From Chrysomallon squamiferum (taxonomy: Eukaryota; Animalia; Mollusca): a stretch of DNA of 64,000 nucleotides. This document shows, piece by piece, positions 1 through 29,753 of this stretch (position 1 is its first letter; every line of letters starts with the position of its first letter). Position numbers and translations under genes: made by a program. The stretch is from positions 3,410,001 to 3,474,000 of the forward strand of contig CM022675.1 of assembly GCA_012295275.1 (NCBI GenBank), written 5' to 3'. The notes below the pieces were generated by a model. That model was not told where the DNA came from. It worked only from the letters and a program-made list of their open reading frames with translations, and ran no database searches.

Positions 1-6686
<6,686 letters not shown>

Positions 6687-7998
6687 AAATTTGTTTTTTT
6701 GTTTTTTGATAACCCATCCAAGTGAATTCATTTAATTTAAATTATTTATCTTCATCCTGAAAAGTAAATTCAGAGATTTAGTCGTAGATTTGTTTATGTA
6801 TATTATTAGTCGTTAAGCAATTAAACTTTATCTAAGATTCAGTGGAATTTTATAAATTTTTTTTTTTTTTTTTTTTTTTTTTTGTTACTGTAATTGTTTT
6901 GCACACACGTTCATACAAGTTTGTAAAAAGAAATAATTACTTATCAACAAAAAGCTAAAGACCATAACTATGTAATATGTTGTAAAGGTTTTATCAAGTA
7001 AGTGAGTATGAGTTACTGTTTTAATATAAAATAATAATAATGACAAAATCATAAAATGTGAGGATTCGACGAGCACATTCAGGCGAATTTTTAAAAGCTT
7101 CTAACATTCGATAAATATTAAATAATATAAATACCAAAACATTAATATTTTTGTACTTATCCAGTCACCTGTGATGACATGTCAAAGGTGACAAAGATAA
7201 AGAATTATAATTTAAATAAACCTTTGATTTCGCTGATCAAACCATAAAAACAACAAACAGGAAGTGATATAGTAACATGTATTTTCCACAATCAACTTTG
7301 AGAGCATCGAATCGCAGAGTTAAGAAAGGACTTGATGAATTGTGAAATGATAGCGCATTTGGTTATTCACACGAAAATATGGTTTAGAAAGAGTCCGCCC
7401 TGTTTATATAAGCTAACGGAAGGAACAGTGTTTAAGGTTTTTAAGAATGTTAAGACAAAATGCGTACATGTCATTTGTAGGTTCCACAAAATATATAAAC
7501 GTTAAAATATGAGACAATCGATTTATATATAATTTTTTGAATGCATTTATACGTATTAAAACATATAAACAACTATATAATTGTTATTATATTTAATATT
7601 ATGGTGCTGTTTGTGTTGTTGTTGCCGCCGTTTTGTTTTCTATTACTGTTATTTTGATTTTTTTTTTTGTTGTTGTTGTTGTTGTTGTTGTACAGGTAAA
7701 CAAAGAATCTAAAATCATTTTACGTATCTCAAAATATTTATTCATTCATTCATTCATTCATTCATTCATTTTGTTCAGAACCTGTTTTTGGCGTTTTTAT
7801 TGTACTGTACAATATATACCTCAACATTCCAATTCGTGTTCAAACATCAAATAAAGATAACAAAAGATACAGATATACATAGAATCTTTATTTCATGATT
7901 ATTTTATATAATAACATTGAACTTCTTCTTATTATGATTTATTTCCTGTTTTAGCTCAAACGCCTAAGGGGGTGAGGAAAATACTACTACTACTACTA

Positions 7999-8033
<35 letters not shown>

Positions 8034-8951
8034 TTTAATAATAATTTTAATTATAATAACAATAAAACTAAATGATTTATTAATCCGTTTCTATTGTTGT
8101 TGGGTTTTTTTTTGGGGGGGAGTGAGGGGGTGTTTTTGTCTACATAGCTGATTTTTATTTGATAATTAATGTAATTATTTAATTTATAATTATCTATTTG
8201 TAATAATAACACACACATATTCACACCTCTTCTCACTGACATTTATTTACATGTCTATTTCTGTGTATATGTGTATGGGTACATACACACGTACATCTGT
8301 CTTATCTATCTGCGTATCTGTCTATATAATTGCATAAATATACACATATTTACCTATGGCAGCTAATAGCTGATAAATATTTTGCTGAGTAATTAACTGC
8401 GAATTACTAATTATTCACAAAGATACATAAATCACTATACGTCAAAGTTAAAATTTTCACCAGAAACATGAAGTGCAAAAACGATCTACTCTCCCTGTGA
8501 GACGTATTTTACTAATTCCAGTTCCAACCAGTCATTAGACTGCTCTGATTCTTAGTGGTTCGTTAATTGTATTAACTTTCTGTTTAACAATATTGTTATT
8601 GTGTTATAAAAAGGTATAAATTCACAACATAAATTAGTTACAAATCAATCAGAGATATACTGGCTACGTTTTATATTTTTAAATGATTGTATTAACTTGG
8701 CTCATGTTTATATGAGAATGTGAGCAAATTTGACATAAACAAGAATGATTTTGTACGAGTTATATACCAGCTCTATCTACATGCAGGATAATAATAAGAT
8801 TTATTTAATTTTTGTTTTTGTGTTTTTATTTTCATTTTTAAATAATATAAATTTTCTAGGGAGATTTTGATAATCAGACTTCTACCTTTGTTAATAAAGA
8901 GAACAAATTTAAGTGTATATTATAAAAAACGAAAAAAAAAAAATATATATA

Positions 8952-8986
<35 letters not shown>

Positions 8987-11608
8987 GAAAGAATAAAGTA
9001 TAATAATAATAAATTGTATTTGACCTTTCACATCATTATCTAGTTAGTTAATGTAATTGTCTTAAGTTCTTATCTACGAAACATTTACAACTTAGATTTT
9101 ATTGTTAAGAATGTTGTGGGAACATAATCAGCCCCTCATGGAATCAAGATGGCTGTAATCATCACTGGTGTAGTCAGCATTTCTCAGATCCATGTCAGCG
9201 ATGTTGTAGTCATCTTCAGTCACAGCAGCGATGTGGTTGTACGTCTCATCATGAGAAGATGTTGACTTTGGTGTTGTTGTATCGTAATCACCTTCCAAAA
9301 CGTCTCTGATGTGGTTGTATGTTTTGTCATGAGCAGACATGGACTTTGGTTTTGATTCAGTTGTATCATAATCACCTTCAACGCTGCTCTCTGTGTAGTT
9401 GTAATTGTTAGTCTGATTGTCAACGATGTGTGGCCCAGATGTTTTGTTCTTCTTCATCTTCTTGTTTATTTGACTATAGACATCAGAACTTGATTTAACT
9501 TGATTGCTTTCATTTAGGACATTATAGTCATCATCGATGTTGTTGTTGTAGCTGTGGTTTATCTGAACATTTCCTGCATTCAGATCAGATGCAAGTTCGT
9601 AGTCACTGGAGTTAGGCTTGGTTGCCATGGTAACATCTGTTAGAGTTTCAAACTCGTAATGTGAATGAGTGTCTGGTTTGATCTCATCGTAATCTGACAA
9701 ATTTTGCTGATTCACAGATCTGATTCGTTGAGTCATGCTGCTTTCTTGTCTAGTCTCGAAACAAAATTTATGTGATCTGAAGTAAAAAAAAACAAAGAAA
9801 CTAAACAAACTAACAAGACAAAATAATTCATTAAATAAATAAATACCGAAATAAATAAACAAACAAATAAACAAACATAACAAACAGTCAAACAAACAAA
9901 TAAGCAAACTGTATTTCATGTACAAACATTCACAACTGAATAAAAAAACGAGAAATTGTTTGATCAGCTTCAGAAGTACAAAACAAAAAGGCTTTTGTGT
10001 TTACCTTTTCATCCAAACTGTCACAAAAACAGCTCCAACTATGATTACAAATAGAGTTATAGAAACACCCACAACAACACCTACACAAATAAATACATAA
10101 ACTACAATTATAATATAATATAATATAATATAATATAATATAATATAAATTAATAAATTTGCTGACAGAATTTCAATAACTATACATCATTTATTGACCA
10201 TTTTGTTATTAACAATGTAATTATATTAATTTAGTTTTGGTTAAGGTTTGTATTACATAGCTATATTTTACAGCAAGGATTTTAAAATTTTGCATGATAT
10301 TTCGTTCTTTTTATTTTCTTTACGGAGATAAATATTTTTTTTTTTCTTAATACATTTTTATGCAGATTATGCATTAAAATAAACAAATGAATTTTAAAAA
10401 TTAAAATATGTGTAGTCACTTTTTAAATTTTTACCTGTTTGATCTTTTCTATCTTCATTAAGAATCTGAGATTTTGTAACATCAGCACCTACAACAACAA
10501 CAACAACAGCAATAACAACAATAATAATAATAACAATAATGATAGCAACAATTTTAACAAAAACAATTACAATAACATTAATAATAACATTAAAAAGAAC
10601 AACAGAATTACAACAACAATAATAACAGTAATAATAATAAGACTAACAATAACTCAAAAAAACAAAAGAAGATTTAATAGTAGTAGTAGTAGTAGTAGTA
10701 ATGATAATTATAATGATGATGATGATGGCAGTAATGATAATAATAGTGATGTTGATAATAATATTAATGATGATAGTGATAAAAAATAATAATGATAATA
10801 ACAACAATAACAATAGGAACACTACTATTAATATAATAAAAACAATAAAAATAATAGTACTGTAACAACAACAGCAGCAACAACAACTACTACTAGTAGA
10901 AATACAAGATCTATAGTTATAAAATATCTTCAACAGTTCTGCTATTATTAATTTCAATACAATAATAAATAATAACTAATATTTTATTATTTTGTTACAA
11001 TTCTGTTACCACCAAATTTGTATATATGTTATTTTAAAAATATTGTTGTATTTCATTTAGTTTTCTGTTTGTTAGGTTTGAAAAGTTATTTATTTGTGTG
11101 TTTGTGAAATTAAACTAACAATGGTTTAATCGTAAATATTAATTATGAATGTAAAGAAATTATTAATTAAGTAGTTACGAAGGCAAACAATTATTTTACT
11201 TGGTGCGTAAGTGAACGGAGTTGTCTCCCATCCAGAGTTTTCCGATGCAGACGACTCGAAAACATTTTTATTTTCTTTCGAAGTTGTTATTTCAGATGAA
11301 CCTGGAGCTAACAAATTTGAACGAGATATAAGTTAAATGTTTTAACAACGTATTGAGAAATATGACGTACATTTTCTGAACAGATATTGATCTGAATATA
11401 ATCAAAAGCAGATTTCTTAGTTTATCTTTTAGCTCTATTAAGATTGAAAAAAATGTCTGACCTGGAAACATTTTTAGTCGCCACTCGAATTTACCTTATT
11501 ATCATCAGAATATTTTATTATTACAATTAAAATATTTCGAACATAATCAATCCAGCATTCTATGATTGATTTACAATCGTAAAACCCCCCAGAAAAAACA
11601 ACAAAACA

Positions 11609-11719
<111 letters not shown>

Positions 11720-14666
11720 CGGTTTGTCCATTGATCCATCCATTTTTCTATCTGTGTACATTTCCTAATACAAAATAATCGAAATATTAAAAATACATTG
11801 TTATTAATACCTGGAATTGTTTTATTTGTTTCACTTCTTGGAATGTTAGGTGTTCGAAAATTTGAAACTGTAATATATAAAATATATAAACATATTTTTA
11901 AAAAGTAATTTTATCGACAAAATTTAAATTACTGTCAACTTAAATTTGCTATCACACAGACCATGCCGTCATAATAAAAACAATAAAATTATAAAAACAA
12001 CAGCAGCAGCTACAACTACTATTACTACTACTGAAAAATACAACATAAACAACTTCTACAGTTTTATTATTAATTTCAATATAATAATAAATAATATCTG
12101 TTTTATTATTTTGTTAGGATTCTGTTACTACCAAATATGTATATACGTTACTTTAAAAGTATTCCGGTATTTCATTTAATTTTCTTTTTGTTAGATTTCA
12201 AAAATTATTTATTTGTGTGTTTGTGAAATTACAATGGTTAAATCATAAATATCACTTATAAATTTAAAGAAATTAACAAGTATTTTTTTAAATAAAATGA
12301 TTATTTTATTTGATACGGAAGCGAACGGAGTTGTTTCCCTTCCAGATTTTTCCGATGCAGATGACTCGAAAACATTTTTGTCTTCTCTTGAAGTTGTTAT
12401 TTCAGACGAACTTGGAACTAACAAATTTGAATGAGATAAAGTCGAATGTTTTTACAAAGTATTAAGAAATATGAATACATTTTCTGAACAGATCTTGATC
12501 TGAATATAATGAAAAATAGATTTCTTAAGTCATATAAGTTCTGCGTTTTTCCGTGTGTGGAGGTGGGGGCGGGAAACAACTACTTGTTTTAGAAATGTTT
12601 TAAGTCATCACTTCAGTATGCCATTTTATCATCAGAATATTTTATTGTTTCAGTACCAGTCGAAAAGAATGAAAGAAACAGACTATAAATGCTTTACAAA
12701 TCGTAACAAAAAAAGAAAAAAAGACAACAACAAAAAATATATATATTTCTCAGTAATCTGTAACTATATATATGTATATCTATCCATCTGTCTGTATATG
12801 TGTCTCTGTCTGTCCATCGATATTCTTATACATTTCTTAATAAAGAATTATCCAAAGACTAAAAATACATTAGTATTAATACCTGGACTTGGAAGGTTAG
12901 ATGTTCCAAAATTCGAATCTGTAATATATAAAGTATTTAACCACATTGTTAGAAATAATTTTCTTGACAATATTTAAATAAATTTCAACATAAGTTTACT
13001 ATCACACGTTAACGACTGCCATTATTTGTATAACTATTAGACCTAACCTTCCTCGGTGCACAATGGGTTTTTGAATGGTTCATCCAGTGCTTCATAAATT
13101 ATTTAGTATAAATGTGAATAACCTTCTTTTGTAAGAAGGAGCCGATAAAAGATCCATAGGCTCTCGAAGCAAACTGTTGCTGAATACCTTTGAAGGTTGA
13201 TTATCAAAATCATTCATTTATTTTTGATTCTGCAGAAAATTAAGTAATATAATATAATATAATATAAAGTTTAGTATCCTATAGATGATGATGAAAAATG
13301 AATTGGTTCAGATAAACAAAAGAGGATTACTGGCTCAGATTTTCAAAGAGTCAGTGGTATTAAATAAATAAATAGGACTTACTATTAATACAAATGGCAG
13401 AGTGCTGGGTACTGCAGTTACTGATTAAAAATGAAATTTTCCCACTTGAGAATTTTTCTAACAACACGCAGCCGTTTTGTGTAATGTTTATGTTCCTCGT
13501 TTTTTTATCTTCTAAAATTGAAATTATATAATCAGAAGCAGTCCCTTTTATCCCCTAATGAATAAATTACCTAACTTTAATTTTTTTTAAAAGAAAATAA
13601 AGAAATAAAATTAATTAAGAAACTTCTACCATCAAATAAGAAAAATAAGAAGAAGAAGAAGAAGAGAAAGGTGAAAATCTAACAAACATAATCTAGCAAA
13701 AGTAATATGTCTGTTAGTCTTAATATGAACAAGTAACTCACTGAAATGACCGTCAATCCAGAATATTTGTTTGTCACGTTTTAATCCAATCCAGTTCTGT
13801 ATTCCTTGAATCCACAATTTTTGCCTAATCGTTTCAGCGTTATTTGTGTTTGGTTTTGCTAAAACGCAGCTTGAATTAGATGAAAACCAACTGTGAGTCA
13901 TGTGATGATTGTAACATGAGTTATTAGAAAACTGTCCTGGACCTGAGGAAAAAAATACAACAAAATAATAATAATAATAATAATAATGAATGAATGAATG
14001 AATGAATGAATAAAATAAAATAAATGAAATATGAAAGAAAAAACAATAAGAGTGATAAATAAAATGTAAGAAATATCCAGTCAATGAAAACCAAACATTT
14101 TTCATCATCTGTCGCTGTTAAAAGTAAACACACATTCTGTGTTAGTGTGTTTATGTCTGTTCATGTGTGTGCAGTTATGTTTATGTTTTTGTGTATTTCT
14201 TGTAAATTATGTTTCTGTCATACAAGGGGACAAAGAATGAAAACCTAGATCAGAAATAAACATTTTATACATTAACTGTTATTCTCAATAAAATTACTGA
14301 ACTGTAACTGTTAATTATGAAATAATTTATCAAAAGAATGAGTCTCTTTGTTTGCGTATATACACATATGTACTTGTGAGTAACCTGTGTATACAAATTA
14401 TTTACTCACAGTTACAAATGAATCCTTTTTTTTGTATTACAGTTTTTATCCGCTTTCAATATTAAAATGCGAAGGTCAGTCTCAGCATAACCACACAAAC
14501 CATGAATACCCAGACCTCTTTTAAAATCTGTAAATATTAACTTTGGTAGCTAGAGGAACACACCATACACAATTATTGTCGTAAAACTTGTTATAGAAAA
14601 TCTTTAATACATACACGTATACATATACTGATACAAATAAGAATATCAATGCGAGAGAACACAAAA

Positions 14667-14687
14667 TCTCTCTCTCTCTCTCCCTCC

Positions 14688-14782
<95 letters not shown>
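14667..14782. repeat. (TC)n microsatellite; the same position in paralog C holds (AG)n at 31921-31973
   Basis: Dinucleotide run in the intron before exon 5 of paralogs A and C. Confidence 0.95.
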
Positions 14783-14783
<1 letters not shown>

Positions 14784-15712
14784 GTCTATCTGTCTCGCAC
14801 ATTCACTTTCTAAATCTTTAATCTCTCTCACCCACACATACTTTACTATCAATATATTTAAAAAGAACAGAGTAGACATCGACCAAATCGATATAACATG
14901 GCAAAAATATATCAGATATAAACTGAGCTATGTAAAAAACATTTTACCTGTTTGATTTTTTCTGAGAACAAATTTGAGTGGAATCTGAAGCCATCTTGTT
15001 GAGTTAAAACAGCAACATTTCTCTCCCTGTAATATTAAAAACAAGATGTTAAAATAATTGTTTACCTCTTTCACATAAACTGAATCTGTTTCCCATTCCT
15101 AACAGGGTAAATATTTACAGATAATTATATAACTATGTTCATGTAAAAAATATTTAAAAGTGTCTGTGTATATCTGCACCTGTACATGTATATGCGGCTG
15201 TGTTTGGATGGATGTCTGCATGCATATGTACATATGTATGTGTTTAGGTAGGTACATATATTTGTATGTACATGTCTCTGTCTCTTTGCATATAGAAATA
15301 TTTATTTAATCTATTGTTACCAACCTGCAATCCAACATAAACTATTACACCTGCAGTAGTTTTGTTTTGTTGACATTCATAGTAACATCGGCTTGCTTGG
15401 TTGTCATATTTGATTTGATAAAACTTTAAAGATTTCAATTCGTTCACTTCTCCAATGTAATCAAACAGTTGTAATCAATCAGCTACAAAACAAACTCGAT
15501 TTGTTTAATATAATCAATTTTACAATGTAATCAATAATTTTGTATATAAAATGAAGTCAGACACATACACACACCGAACACAAATATGAGCTAGGACATA
15601 TACACAGATACATAATTACACGTATTTAATTCTGATGTCTGCTTTGTTAGTTGGACTTTCAATAACTATAATAATAACAAAAAACAAAACAAAACAAAAA
15701 AGAAACTACAGG

Positions 15713-15766
<54 letters not shown>

Positions 15767-16835
15767 GCAGTCTTTATATAATAAAAGCAAAGTAAAATTA
15801 ATTTAAAAAGGAAGAAAGAATAAAAAATCTCCAAACAACTGTAACAAAACAAGAGCAAAGAAAAACATATATATGTATATACACACACACACACAAACAC
15901 ATACACACAGATATGTGTCATAAATACACATATATGTATATACAACACAGACAGCTATATATGTATTTGTTTTAAAAAAGAAGAGTAACTGTCGTAAATA
16001 ATTAATTATCTTAATTAGCTGTCAGTGTCAAATAGATATTCTTTTGGTGACGTATTTTACATCACGTGACTAGATACTATCTATCCGTTTATAGCAGACC
16101 AAACATATCGAATCTCATTTTTAATAAAACGGGTTGTTTAATGTTTTATTTTCTTATTGCGTATGTAACGACAGTAAATGCACATTATTAAACAATATTA
16201 ACAAGTACATTTATATAGATATTTTCATAATAAATATACCAATAAACTTGTTTATATTAAGCTGTAATATCAATTTAATACAATTTTATTTTACAGTAGT
16301 CACAACTGTTAGTCTGCTTATTCCTTTAAGTCTTATGATCGTAACTGCTCAGTAAAACAAAATAATAATTTATATCACCTGTCCACATCCAGGAACTGTA
16401 CTGAACTTTAGCACCAATCCAGTAAGATCCTGCTGTGACGTCACTCAGTGATGTAATATCTGACGTACTGTACAGTTGTTCTCCATGTTGATGACATGTA
16501 TAAAACGCTGTATCCCATGTGACGTCATTTAATACATGCACTGTAGCTGTATTTAAAAATTAGTAAAAATTGGCAAAACATTCGTAAGTTTCATTTAAAA
16601 AGGTTATTTTCCATCATCACAAAAATATACATCATAAAAATAGGAAAATAAAAATAAAATTGTTTCACTTGTAATTAATGTATTTTACCTGATGCTGAAA
16701 ACCGCTGAAATAAAATCCCGCTAAAAACTGTTAGAAGAAGACGACTTGAACTCCTTAGTTCAGCCATGACACCCTGTTAAACTGTACAAGGAAATAAAAA
16801 ATAAGCTATGTTTAACATCGCCCGTTTGTCATTTA

Positions 16836-16894
<59 letters not shown>

Positions 16895-17415
16895 TGATGA
16901 TAATAATAATAATAATAATAGCAATAATAAATTTTATAAAACTGTAAAACGATATAACAAGTTCAAAAACTAGTAAAACGAGAAACTAGCTCGTAGATGA
17001 TTAACAACAAAATATTTTAATCACCGAGGTAGCTAGAACTCGTTCGAAATCTTACATCAGACTTTGTACAGTAAAACACTTTTATCTTTAAAAAAGCAGG
17101 AAGTCACACGAACAGTGTGTGCTGTTCTAGAAAGATAACATACACGTCCACTTCAAATAAACTTGCTACATATAGACTATCTACCTGTTTGCTTTGAGTT
17201 CATTTTTAAGATGACGATGAAGATGGCGATGATGATGACGGTCATTACGATAATTCTGCTGTTATTATGAAGATGAAAACGACGATAATGCCGACTATAA
17301 TTATGATAATGTTTTATGTTAAGATAACGACGATCATGCTGTGATTTTGATAATGAGAATTATGGAATGGGTGGTTGAAATTATTTAAATATTTAACAGA
17401 AACTTTTTATTTAAT

Positions 17416-17712
17416 ATAATTATTGTACAATGTTTTCTGCCTAGAAACTAATTAACACACACACACGCACACTTACATACACACACACACACATACATTC
17501 ACAGACACATATACATACATATAAACACATATAAATGCATATACATATAATTATTGCACAATGTTTTCTGCCTAGAAACTAATTAACACACACACACACA
17601 TACACACACACATACATTCACAGACACATATACATACATATAAACACATATAAATGCATATACATATAATTATTGCACAATGTTTTCTGCCTAGAAACTA
17701 ATTAACACACAC
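17416..17712. repeat. Tandem repeat, about 2.4 copies of a 118-130 bp unit
   Basis: TATAATTATTG(T/C)ACAATGTTTTCTGCCTAGAAACTAATTAACACAC recurs near 17416, 17546 and 17664. Confidence 0.9.
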
Positions 17713-17714
17713 AC

Positions 17715-18322
17715 TGTGTTAGCAGCAGTAGCAGTGGCAGTTTGGAATTGACTGCGCAAATGCGTTTTCATGACGTAGCGGTCTTGACCATGCGTTGTAA
17801 TACGCGGACGTCCAAAACGAGGCGAAGTCGTAGGTGCTTCCTGTCGGTCGAAATCAGAGATGTCGTAGCGCTGGATCAAAACTCGCAAAATGCCTTGAAA
17901 CGACTTCTCTCGACATGACAGCATCAACCATGCCAATCTCCCGTTCGCGTAAATTATTGGGAATCCTTAGCATACTGAAAATGCTACAATGCCAAAAACA
18001 TAACGTTATTTTATTTTTCTTTTTTCTTTATTTTTTTTTTTTTTTACCGTTTTCGTTCACTTTACAACAATGTCAATAAGACAAGTAAAGTAAACTGGCC
18101 GAATACTACACGGGACATGTGGAACAATTAATGCACGTGCAAACTGAGTTTCACGTTGTCGACGATTAACAGTGCAAAAATAATTGACAAAATTCATGAA
18201 TCCTGATAATACAGCTCACGGCTAATACTACCTACATAACTTCATTACACAATACATTCTTTAACACAACAAATACTATATGTATACATCGGAAGTTTCT
18301 TTAATTTTTTTCATGATATATA
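17715..18322 (-). mobile_element. Truncated Tc1/mariner element (5' end and transposase N-terminal HTH region)
   Basis: The minus strand from ATG 17973 reads MLRIPNNLREREIGMVDAVMSREVVSRHF, then after frameshifts PRFGRPRITTHGQDRYVMKTHLRSQFQTATATAANT (Tc1 GRPR motif). A Tc1-like end, TA-TATCATGAAAAAAATTAAAGAAAC, lies near 18295-18324. Confidence 0.85.
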
Positions 18323-18510
18323 TACGTGTTCATCATTTTGTATGTATGTTTAGATAAACACACATACACGTGTGTTTATATAGATGCACATATCTACCCA
18401 GATGCATGTACACATAGGAAGACACTAACAATTATTCAGTCACTGAGGTCTGCTTTTCTCTGTTTCTTTTTCTTTTTGTTTTTTTATTATTTCTTGAGAT
18501 CACCTTTTTC

Positions 18511-18695
18511 TTAATCGTCAATAACGTGAAACTCAGTTTGCACGTGCATTAATTGTTCGACATGTCCCGTGTAGTATTTGGTCAGTTTGTTTACTTGTTT
18601 TACTGACATTGTTGTCAAGAGAACGAAAACGGTAAAAAAAAAAAAATTGTAAAAATAAAAAAAAAAAAAAATAGTAAAAATAAAATAACGTTTTT
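18511..18695 (+). mobile_element. Inverted copy of the Tc1 5' non-coding segment at about 17995-18169
   Basis: TTAATCGTCAATAACGTGAAACTCAGTTTGCACGTGCATTAATTGTTCGACATGTCCCGTGTAGTATT is the reverse complement of about 18100-18169, with few mismatches. Confidence 0.85.
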
Positions 18696-19847
18696 TCTTT
18701 CAAGGTCTGAAAAGTCTGATGTGAGATTTCAAACGACAAATAACTACCTCGGAATAACTGTTATATAGTATGTCCTTGTGTTTTTCTGTGTATATATCCA
18801 TGTAGGTAGATTGTGAATTTACATAAACACGTGTGTGTGTATGTGTGTGTGTTTACATAAAACTAATAAAAAAAGTGAAAAGAAAACGAAAGCAGTGACG
18901 GAATAATTGTTACGCAGTATAAGCCAGTGTGTTTCTGTGTATATATTACAATACATAGATATACACATCTAAGTAAACATACGTATGTGTGTGTATGTGT
19001 ATATATATATATATATAAATCTGTGTGTGTTTGTATATATATATATACACACACAGACACACACAGACTCACACACATATATATATATAAGGATGTGTAT
19101 ATACATACTGAGCGAGGTGTGTATATTTGTGTATGTGTCTATGTATGTGTGATGTGGATATGTGAATGTACGTGCGTATGTGTGTCTGTATTTGTGTGTG
19201 AATGTATGTACACATGTGTACGTTGTGTTGTATGTATGTATGTATGTATGTGTATATATAGGTGTATTTATTAGTTTCTAGGCAGACAACTTTGCACAAT
19301 AATTTTATTAAACACAAAATCCAGTTTCTGTTAAATATTTAAACATTTCAGCGAGACTTGCATGTATCTCATTATTATCAAAATCACTGAGTTTTTCATC
19401 ATCATCATCATGTTAACAAATTATCGTAATTATAACCACCGTCGTCGTCGTCGTCATCTTCATAATAGTAATAGAATTATCGTAGTTGTAGCCATCATCG
19501 TCGCCGACTTCATCTTTAAACACGAACACAAAGTAAACAGGTAGATAGTCTATATTTAGCAAGTTTGTTTAATGCAGACGTGTGAGTTATTATCTTTCTA
19601 GGACAGCAGACACACTCTGTTCACTTCCTGGTTTGTTGAACATAAAAGTGTTTTAATGTACAAAGTCTAACGTAAGATTTCAAACGAGTTCTAACTACCT
19701 TCGTAATTACGATCATCTATGTATAACTATTTTCGTGTATTACTAGAGTTTTTGAAGATATATTGTTTTACAAAACTGATATTCGTGATATTCGTGTTTG
19801 TAAAAATAGATCAATGTTTTACTTCCTTGTACAGTTAACAGGGTGTC

Positions 19848-27216
<7,369 letters not shown>

Positions 27217-29714
27217 TTATGTTCCCACAACACGTACTACTCTTTCTTATTATTAACAAGATATGTACCCTCTCATAAACAGGAAAACCAGTCACTTGGT
27301 ACTGGCTGGAACAGGAAATATGTTGTGTGTGACCAGCTCTGAATTACACAAATGTAACAAAAGATTACTTTTGTCTTCTACAATCCTTCAGTTGCGCGCG
27401 CAACCACACACGTACACACACACATTAATTATTGTTGGTTTCTCTTTAACTATTAAACCACTCCTTCATTTCTCAAAATATTTTATCATCAAGGAAGTGA
27501 AGACTGTTCAAAACTGGTATTAACAGACAGACAATCATTTTACAGTAATCTGAAATATTAGGAAACATGTCAACATCAGGGGTTGGAACTGGAATTAGTC
27601 AAATAAGTGACAATTTTAGCTGTGAAGAGTAGTTGTATATCTCTGTGAATAATTAGTAGTTTGCATTTGATCAGAAAGCAAAATATTGTTTAATGATACA
27701 AATATTTGTTCTGCTGTTAGGTGCCAAATATAACTGTGTGTATATTTATGTAATGAGATAGACAGATAGATAGATAGATACATAGATAGATATAGATAGA
27801 TAAATAGCTTCACAGATAGATAGATACATAGATAGGAAAGATAATTAGACATAGAAAACAGAGATGTATGGGTCTACATATGTATACAGATATACATAGA
27901 ATATGATATAAATGAATCTGCATGCAGAGATGTGTGCAAATATGTATATATTCAAACGTACATAAATGTATATATTTAGTCTGTATGTATGTATGTATCT
28001 ATGTATGTATGCATGAGTATAAACTACATCTATCTGTATATGTATTTCTGTGAGCATGTGTTTTTGTACAATCAATTTATAATTTAAATTAATAGATACA
28101 AGAGTTATCTGGTTTGCAGTAGAACAGTTTATATTGAAACCTCTCCTGTCTCTCAGTTTTTATCATGAAATACAATTCACAGCAAATTTACAGAATTAAA
28201 AACAACAAAAAGACATTTCCTTGAAAGAAAAAGTTTTTCTTGGAACCTCAGAATGAAGCTACTGTATTTTGTAGTTTTTTAAAGAAACAAATAGATTTAA
28301 AATCAACAAAAAAAATCACCTAGATTAATTGGCTAATTGCATAAGAATATTTGATTGGATAGTATATATAATTTATGTACAAAAAAAGATCACTTGCAAC
28401 TGCTTATCCTGTCATAGATTTGTCAGTGACTACAACACTAAATTTAACACAATAATCAACTTACTATACACTACCAATTTCTCTTGTTTTTAACATTACA
28501 ACATTAAACATTATTTCATAATAATACAGTAAACTGGACTGACACAGGTTTATACTGCAAAACATTCATCCATGACACAGCTAATATAAACCAACAATTT
28601 CATTACAGAGTTGTAGCAAGTTCATTCTTAACAAGAAAATCTATTTCATAAATTGTTTATAGATAAGAACTTAAGACAAATAAATTATCTTACTAGATAA
28701 GAATGGGAGAAGTCACATACATTTACTTTTTCCTTTGTATTTTTTATTTTATTTTTTATTTTCTATATATTTTTAAATAATGTCTGCACTGAATTTGTTC
28801 TCTTTACTAACAAAGGAAGAGCTATGATTATAAACATCTCCCTAAAAAAAAATAATAAAGTCATATTATTATCCTGCATATAGATAGACCTGGTATATAA
28901 CTGTTATAAAATCATTCTTGTTTATATCAAATTTTCCCTCACATTCTCATATAAACATTAGTCAAGATAACAAAATGATTTGAAAATATAAAACGTAGAC
29001 AATATATCTCTGCTTTGTACATAAAGTCTCTAATGAATGTATAATTTATATACATTTTATAATATAATTACAATATTATTAAACAGAAAGATAATTAACA
29101 AAATTAATGAGTGCTTAGAACCAAAGTGGTGTAAAAATTAGAAAATGATTATCTGATGATAGATTTTTGATAAGATGTATCACTGTGCAGAGGTTCTAAC
29201 TTTTGACAATCATTTTTAACTCAATCAAGTTTTGTGAGTATTATTTTACTTTTGTACACTTTGATAACTTCATCATCTAAAAATTTAATTTCTATGTTTA
29301 AGACAAAACTGATTCTATGCCCTTATTTTTATATTGTTACATTACTAAAATGATTACGTATTTTTATTTACGAATAAAATATTTTTCAACAAATCCTGTT
29401 TTTTTTGTTGTTTTTATTTTTTATTTTTATTTTTTTTTTTATCATTTCTGAGTTTGGCTTTGTTGTATGCTTTTTTAATAACAATTCTTCGAATATTAAT
29501 CTTGTTAAAAATCTTTGGCATGATATATTTGATGTTAAACTTACTATAAGTTTATCTCATACTAAACTTTCTGAAATTGCATAGCATAATTTATTATATT
29601 TTATGATTGAAGAAATATATGGAATATCTGAAGAAATTAAAAATATTTGGTTTATGTTAAAGCACCTTTTTAACGGAATTTTAAAATTAGTAAAAATAAA
29701 AAAAAATAAAAGAT

Positions 29715-29753
<39 letters not shown>

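Noticed and set aside
10439-10957. Asn-rich and Ile/Leu-rich ORFs (also 25099-25545, 20593-20805, 32411-32766, 14521-14879)
   Set aside because: Translations of AAT/AAC/TG/AG microsatellites inside introns.
15475-15477. In-frame TGA in receptor A read as selenocysteine
   Set aside because: It aligns to Asn in paralog B, not Cys. It comes with other lesions, and I saw no SECIS downstream of A.
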